Source: Eledone cirrhosa (Eukaryota). Taken from it: a DNA stretch of 64,000 nucleotides. The notes under the pieces are model-generated. The model did no database searches, had not been told where the DNA came from, and was given only the letters and a program-made list of their open reading frames with translations. A program made the position numbers and the translations under genes. How positions within the stretch are numbered: the stretch's first letter is position 1; each line of letters starts with the position of its first letter. The DNA lies in assembly GCA_964016885.1 (NCBI GenBank), contig OZ024747.1:76880001-76944000 (forward strand), written 5' to 3'. Positions 57,349 to 64,000 of the stretch are shown here, piece after piece.

Positions 57349-57634
57349 AAGGATAAAAAGGACGATTGATTATACCTTCATTGCATTTATTGATAGGTGA
57401 CGCGCGTTTCGCCACTGATCATGGAGTCGGGTAAGATCGATATAGATCGAACCTTGAGCTGATCAGTGGCGAAACGCATGTCACCTATCAATAAATGCAA
57501 TGAAGGAATAATCAATCGTCCTTTTTATCCTTTCTATATATTACACTCTGTATAGCTCTACACATCATCACAGAAGTGAACCTAAACATCGAGTGCTCAC
57601 CCGGGTGAACCTGCAGTAACTCCTAGTTACACCC

Positions 57635-57638
<4 letters not shown>
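57346..57638. mobile_element. Penelope-like relic with inverted arms of about 75 bp carrying GAAAC-GCGC-GTC
   Basis: Arms at 57346-57421 and 57460-57535. The hammerhead 3' half is followed by AATAAA. Confidence 0.7.
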
Positions 57639-57677
<39 letters not shown>

Positions 57678-57894
57678 TTTGTTTAGAAACAGGGAGCAAA
57701 GTTTGAAATTTAGTAGAAATTGAAGCTTTTGTCATATTTTTCACTAAAGAAATTTTAGCCTGATAATGGAGTTTAAACCCTCTAAATATGGAAAAGGATG
57801 AGTATTTATGCACTATATATATATATATTAGGATTGGTGCTAAATACGGTATATTGCCAAATATACTATACATACATTCATATATATCTATATA

Positions 57895-58104
57895 CCACAC
57901 TGTAATGTGGCCGTGTAGGTAACACGGTAAAAACCTACCAGTCCACACTGTAAACGTGGTTGGTGTTAGGAAGGGCATCCAGCCGTAGAAAACCCGCCAG
58001 ACAGTCCTATACGAGCAAGACAACCAATCTTGCCTCAAGTGGGAAAACTCCCGTCCAAACCCATGCAAGCGTGGAAGATGGACGTTAAACGATGATGATG
58101 ATGA
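57895..58104 (+). mobile_element. RTE 3' UTR fragment
   Basis: Matches 44495-44703. Confidence 0.85.
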
Positions 58105-58406
58105 TATCTATCTATATATATAGTTGCTTGGTGTGTAACATTCAGATAACATGGCTTCACCAGTTTAAGCACTCAATGCTATTACATGGAGAGACTACTG
58201 AAGTAGGAGTTGTCCTTGTGTGGTCACCAGCCTCAGTATCAGTAACAAGCAGATTTTAATAATAAGTGAGATCAAAGTATCAATATATTATCTTGCACAT
58301 ATTTATATTCAACTGTGATAAATGTTTCGCCATCAGCTCAAGATATGCTGGATCACAATTGGGTCTGACTCTGGGATAGATAGTTTATCAGTTCCAGAAG
58401 CAAGGA

Positions 58407-58657
58407 TGATCATGATTGACTGTGACTCATCGTAATTGACTGTGACTGATCATGATTGAATGTGACTCTTCGTATTTGACTGTGACTCATCGTAATTGAC
58501 TGTGACTGATCATGATTGAATGTGACTCTTCGTATTTGACTGTGACTCATCGTAATTGACTGTGACTGATCATGATTGAATGTGACTCTTCGTATTTGAC
58601 TGTGACTCATCGTAATTGACTGTGACTGATCATGATTGACTGTGACTGGTCGTGATT
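58407..58657. repeat. 60-bp higher-order repeat made of three 20-bp subunits
   Basis: Lines 58441, 58501 and 58561 are identical 60-mers; the subunits share TGA(C/A)TGTGACT. Confidence 0.92.
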
Positions 58658-58843
58658 AATCGACCGCGAAACATGCATCACAGGTGAATAAAGTATATAC
58701 AGGATACTTCCTATATTTGAGTATATATATATGTATACACATATATATATATGTATGATATAAATTTATATATATGTGATATATATATATAAAATATGTA
58801 TATGATATATATATACATGATATATATATGATATATAAATATA

Positions 58844-58900
<57 letters not shown>

Positions 58901-58987
58901 ATATATAATATAGGTATATATATGATATATGTATATATATCATATATGTATATATATATTATATATATAATATAGGTATATATATGA

Positions 58988-59034
<47 letters not shown>

Positions 59035-59073
59035 GATATTAATAAATGGAAACTATATTTATAAAACCATATT

Positions 59074-59138
59074 TATTTCATTATACATATTTCAGGGATA
59101 CCACATTAAATTATGGTATGCCTTCATCAGACAAAATA
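59074..59138 (-). ncRNA. Minimal type I hammerhead ribozyme, second copy
   Basis: TATTTTGT-CTGATGA-AGGcATACCA(loop)TGGTATcCCT-GAAA-T ATGT A-TA-ATGAAATA: intact core, stem I fully paired with two G-U. Confidence 0.78.
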
Positions 59139-59255
59139 CAATATATAACAGTTTCCATTTATTAATATCGTATATCTACTCCAAAAATTTGTCGAGTGCT
59201 TTATATCAGTTATAAAAATATTTACTTGTTGTATCCCAACAACTTTAAATAGAAC

Positions 59256-59295
<40 letters not shown>

Positions 59296-59342
59296 ATAAT
59301 ATATACATATATATGATATAATATATATATATATATGATATA

Positions 59343-59377
<35 letters not shown>

Positions 59378-59720
59378 TACACATGTATATGATTTATATA
59401 CACAAAATCTGGTTGTGCAAGTGCTTGGCAATCAATTCTGATAAGCTGAATGGAGTTACAACTATATTGTAACAGGTGTGCCGCCAGTCACTCTGGGGCA
59501 ATCAGTTACATGTCTTGGTGTGCTCTTAAAAACCACTCTGAATAGAGCACTTAAACTTGGAATTCTTGGCCGCATACCAGGTCACATATCATCATCATCA
59601 TCCTCGTTTAACGTCCACCTTCCACGCTAGCATGGGTTATTCTAATTCTCTCTATATATCTCTCTCTCATATATAATATATATATATATATATAATATAT
59701 ATATTGTAATTCTCTCTATA

Positions 59721-59756
<36 letters not shown>

Positions 59757-59761
<5 letters not shown>

Positions 59762-59960
59762 AAACGAGTAGGACCCCGACGGCTGAGCTCAAGCCGTTTC
59801 GACGGCTAATTCAGGACTACTGCCAGAATTAGCCGTCGAAACGGCTTGAGCTCAGCCGTCGGGGTCTTACTTGTTCCTATTACCCACTCTATTACCCTAA
59901 GTATTGAGTACTTTGGTGCATTATGGTCCATCTGGTTCCTTACCACATTTCCTTCGTTAT
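59757..59960. mobile_element. Penelope-like relic with palindrome (half-hammerhead family)
   Basis: Inverted arms of about 55 bp at 59757-59880 containing GAAACGGCT-TGAGCTC-AGCCGTC. Confidence 0.65.
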
Positions 59961-60637
59961 ATATATATACACATTTATATTAAAATAACAGATTAAAGTT
60001 TAAGCAAAGAATCGCTGCTTTCACCCTTAACGGGATTTTCTGAACATTTAGGCATACCCTAGATATATGTGTGTGTGTATATATATGTGTGTGTGTGTGT
60101 GTACAATATATAGTGTTTTCTCATGGCTATGTCGTCCTTTTTCTCTCTCAATCTCTCTCTAGAGAAAAAAATATATACATATTCTTATTTTGAGATACAA
60201 TAGTTCACACACACACACACACACATTCTCATCATAAATACGTAGACTGAGGATCGATCTTACTCTGTGCCGTCTTTGGTAAATCCTGTCTACTACATAC
60301 TGCAGTCACCATACCTCGTGAGTGGAATTTGCTAGATAGACTAAATCTATGTGGAAGCTATAATATGTGGCTGTGTTTGTTATGAATACCGATATAAACC
60401 GGTGGGTCGGAATGCGTCTGATTCGATCGATAGTTTAGCAATTCGGCAAATAATGGTTACTAAAATAACATCAGAGTAAATTATACAGAGATGTCGGTAT
60501 GCTGTATTAAAATCCTTGAAATCTATGCTCCAGTATGGCCGCCGCAGTTCGATTATTTCAGCTATTAAGTTAATGCATACTTTTTAAATATGCATCTACA
60601 AATTAGACGTTCAGTACTGATAAATGTGTAGCATAAA

Positions 60638-60760
<123 letters not shown>

Positions 60761-61362
60761 CGTACACTTTCATTAATACACCCAGTATATTGATGAAACA
60801 TGAGCATCACACATATATTTTATTGTTACATTAATTCATAAATCTTCACACGTACAAATATTTAACACACACACACACATGTTTATATATATATATATAA
60901 ACACACACGTACATACAAACGCTTATAAAATTAGATCTTATACATACATTCCTAGCTAAGCTATTTTCCTTGCAAGACATTACGTATGCCTTAAACATAG
61001 ACATATTTTACTATATAGGAGCAATAACTATAATACAAGGTGGTATAATACATGCTACACACCCATGAATTCTATATAAACACACAGTACTAAACACACA
61101 GTACTATACACACAACAGTACTTACCACACAGTACTATACACACAACAGTACTTACCACACAGTACTATACACATAACAGTATTAAACAGACTCTCTTTA
61201 GTATTGTACATACAACATAGTATTAAATAGCTACATACCTTAACATAACACATTTCAATATCATCTTACACACACTATTGCACATTAACAATATATACAT
61301 ACATTTGATATAATTAGAATTCGTTGGGGTTTTCAAAACCCACGAATATATTTGATATGGTT

Positions 61363-61768
61363 ATATAGGTATATATTTAATAAAACAGCATACAGAACAT
61401 GTATGTATATATATATATATGGTTATAGGAAAATCTACATATAGTCATACACGTATATGAACATTATAAACATATATTGAGTATATAGGTATATATTTAA
61501 TAAAACAGCATACAGAACATGTATGTATGTATATATATATATACATACAGAACATGTATGTGTGTCTGTGTGTGTATATATATATATACAGAACATGTAT
61601 GTGTGTATATATGTGTGTATATATATATATATATACAGAACATGTATGTGTGTATATATGTGTGTATATATATATACATACATACATACATACATACATA
61701 CAGAGCATGTATATATATACATACATACATACAGAGCATGTATATACATACATACATACATACAAAGC

Positions 61769-61819
<51 letters not shown>

Positions 61820-61953
61820 CATACAGAGCATGAATACATACATACATACATACATACATACATACATACAGAGCATGTATATCTATATATATATACATAC
61901 ATACAGAGCATGTATATATATATATATACATACATACATACATACAGAGCATG

Positions 61954-62001
<48 letters not shown>

Positions 62002-62204
62002 ACATGTATGTATATATATATATACTTACATATATATACATGTATATATATACATACATACTTACATATATATACATGTATATATATATACACGTATATA
62101 TATATACATATATATATATACATACATATATATACATATATATACATACATATATATACATACATGTGTATATATATACATATATATATATACATACATA
62201 CATG

Positions 62205-62238
<34 letters not shown>

Positions 62239-62242
62239 CATG

Positions 62243-62276
<34 letters not shown>

Positions 62277-62280
62277 CATG

Positions 62281-62314
<34 letters not shown>

Positions 62315-62422
62315 CATGTGTATATATATACATACATGTGTATATATATACATACATATATATACATGTATGTATATACATACATGTATATACATACATG
62401 TATATATATATACATACATGTA

Positions 62423-62474
<52 letters not shown>

Positions 62475-62493
62475 CATACATACATATATATAC

Positions 62494-62529
<36 letters not shown>

Positions 62530-62618
62530 ATACATACATATATATACATATACATACATATATATACATACATATACATACATACATACATATATATATA
62601 TATACATACATACATATA

Positions 62619-62710
<92 letters not shown>

Positions 62711-62711
62711 C

Positions 62712-62784
<73 letters not shown>

Positions 62785-62950
62785 CATACATACATGTATA
62801 TATATATACATACATGTATATATATATACATACATACATGTATATATATATACATACATACATGTATACATATATACACGTATATATATACATACATACA
62901 TGTTCTGTATGTATATACATGCATATATATATACATACATGTTCTGTATG

Positions 62951-62981
<31 letters not shown>

Positions 62982-63038
62982 GTATATATATATATATACA
63001 TGTTCTGTATGCTGTTTTCTTAAATATATACCTATATA
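61363..63038. repeat. Microsatellite field bounded by 40-bp inverted repeats, with dispersed ACAGA(A/G)CATG modules
   Basis: TATATAGGTATATATTTAATAAAACAGCATACAGAACATG at 61363 and 61483, with its reverse complement (1 mismatch) at 62999-63038. Confidence 0.75.
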
Positions 63039-63060
63039 TATAGATACATACATACAGAAC

Positions 63061-63097
<37 letters not shown>

Positions 63098-63170
63098 CAC
63101 ACACACACACAAAAAGACCTTAACGCACCTTACCAAAATAGTGGATTCTTCCACTTTCATTAACTGTATG

Positions 63171-63201
<31 letters not shown>

Positions 63202-63695
63202 TTGTATGTATATATGTGTGTGTATGTATATATATATGTGTGGTTATGTGTATACATTACACAGAAAGACACACAATTAGATAAACACATTACTTATTTG
63301 CATTACATACATACTTTACATTTCACACATATAATGAATATTTTCCATCACAGAAATAACATTACACATACATAATTATATGTTATTTTTACAAACATAC
63401 ACATACATATATACGTGTATACATTACACACAGGCACACACACGTATGTTATATATTTTAACATATATACACCCTTTATATTTGACACACAGCACAGATG
63501 AAATTAAAAAAGTATATATACTTATTACATACTTCATACATATACACATTTATTCAAATATGCGTATATATATATATATACGTATTCGTATGTAGTTGAT
63601 GGACGAGAGAAAAGAGTACTCAATACTGAGGTAGAATCTAAATATTTTATTAAGACTAAATGTGTCGTCGTGTCTGATAACCCTGTATGTGAAAC

Positions 63696-63852
63696 CAGGG
63701 CCGTCTTAACAGCATTATAGCCCCCCCCCCCCCCGGCAGCTAGGGCCCCTACCTACACAACCACTCACAGGAATAAAAATACAAATGGGCCCCCTACCCT
63801 CGTGGGACCCCCGGGCAACTGCCCAGCGTGCCCATGCGTTAAGACGGCCCAG
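63696..63852. mobile_element. hAT-family MITE (157 bp)
   Basis: TIRs CAGGGCCGTCTTAAC / GTTAAGACGGCCCAG and a perfect 8-bp target duplication TGTGAAAC at 63688-63695 and 63853-63860. Confidence 0.92.
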
Positions 63853-64000
63853 TGTGAAACTCCAGAGTAACAAGACATGCTATATAACCTTAATAAAATG
63901 AATAAATAAATATATATATATGTGTGTACATATATTCATTTTAATATAGTACTATATATATAATTGGTTTATATAGTAATATATATATATATAGTAATAT

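Overview
Eukaryotic, AT-rich, repeat-dominated DNA. The SINE/LINE families and the kilobase-scale (TA/CA)n fields suggest a coleoid cephalopod such as Octopus; this is inferred from repeat content and not confirmed. No complete host gene is visible, and there is one plausible exon at 15076-15362 (-). Nearly all long ORFs in the track come from micro- or minisatellites. The real coding remnants are retrotransposons: two RTE-clade LINE copies with a PHD-type zinc finger inside the RT, and 3' fragments of CR1, L1/Tx1 and other RTE elements. The window also holds tRNA-derived SINEs, hAT, piggyBac and Tc1/pogo MITEs, and four large minisatellite arrays in the first 11 kb. The most notable signal lies at 56-60 kb: two complete minimal type I hammerhead ribozyme folds with covarying stem II (57132-57198 and 59074-59138, both -), among several palindromic half-hammerhead relics of Penelope-like type. 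Tail-to-tail inverted SINE/LINE pairs recur and could form long dsRNA. All structures were read by eye and no search or folding was run.
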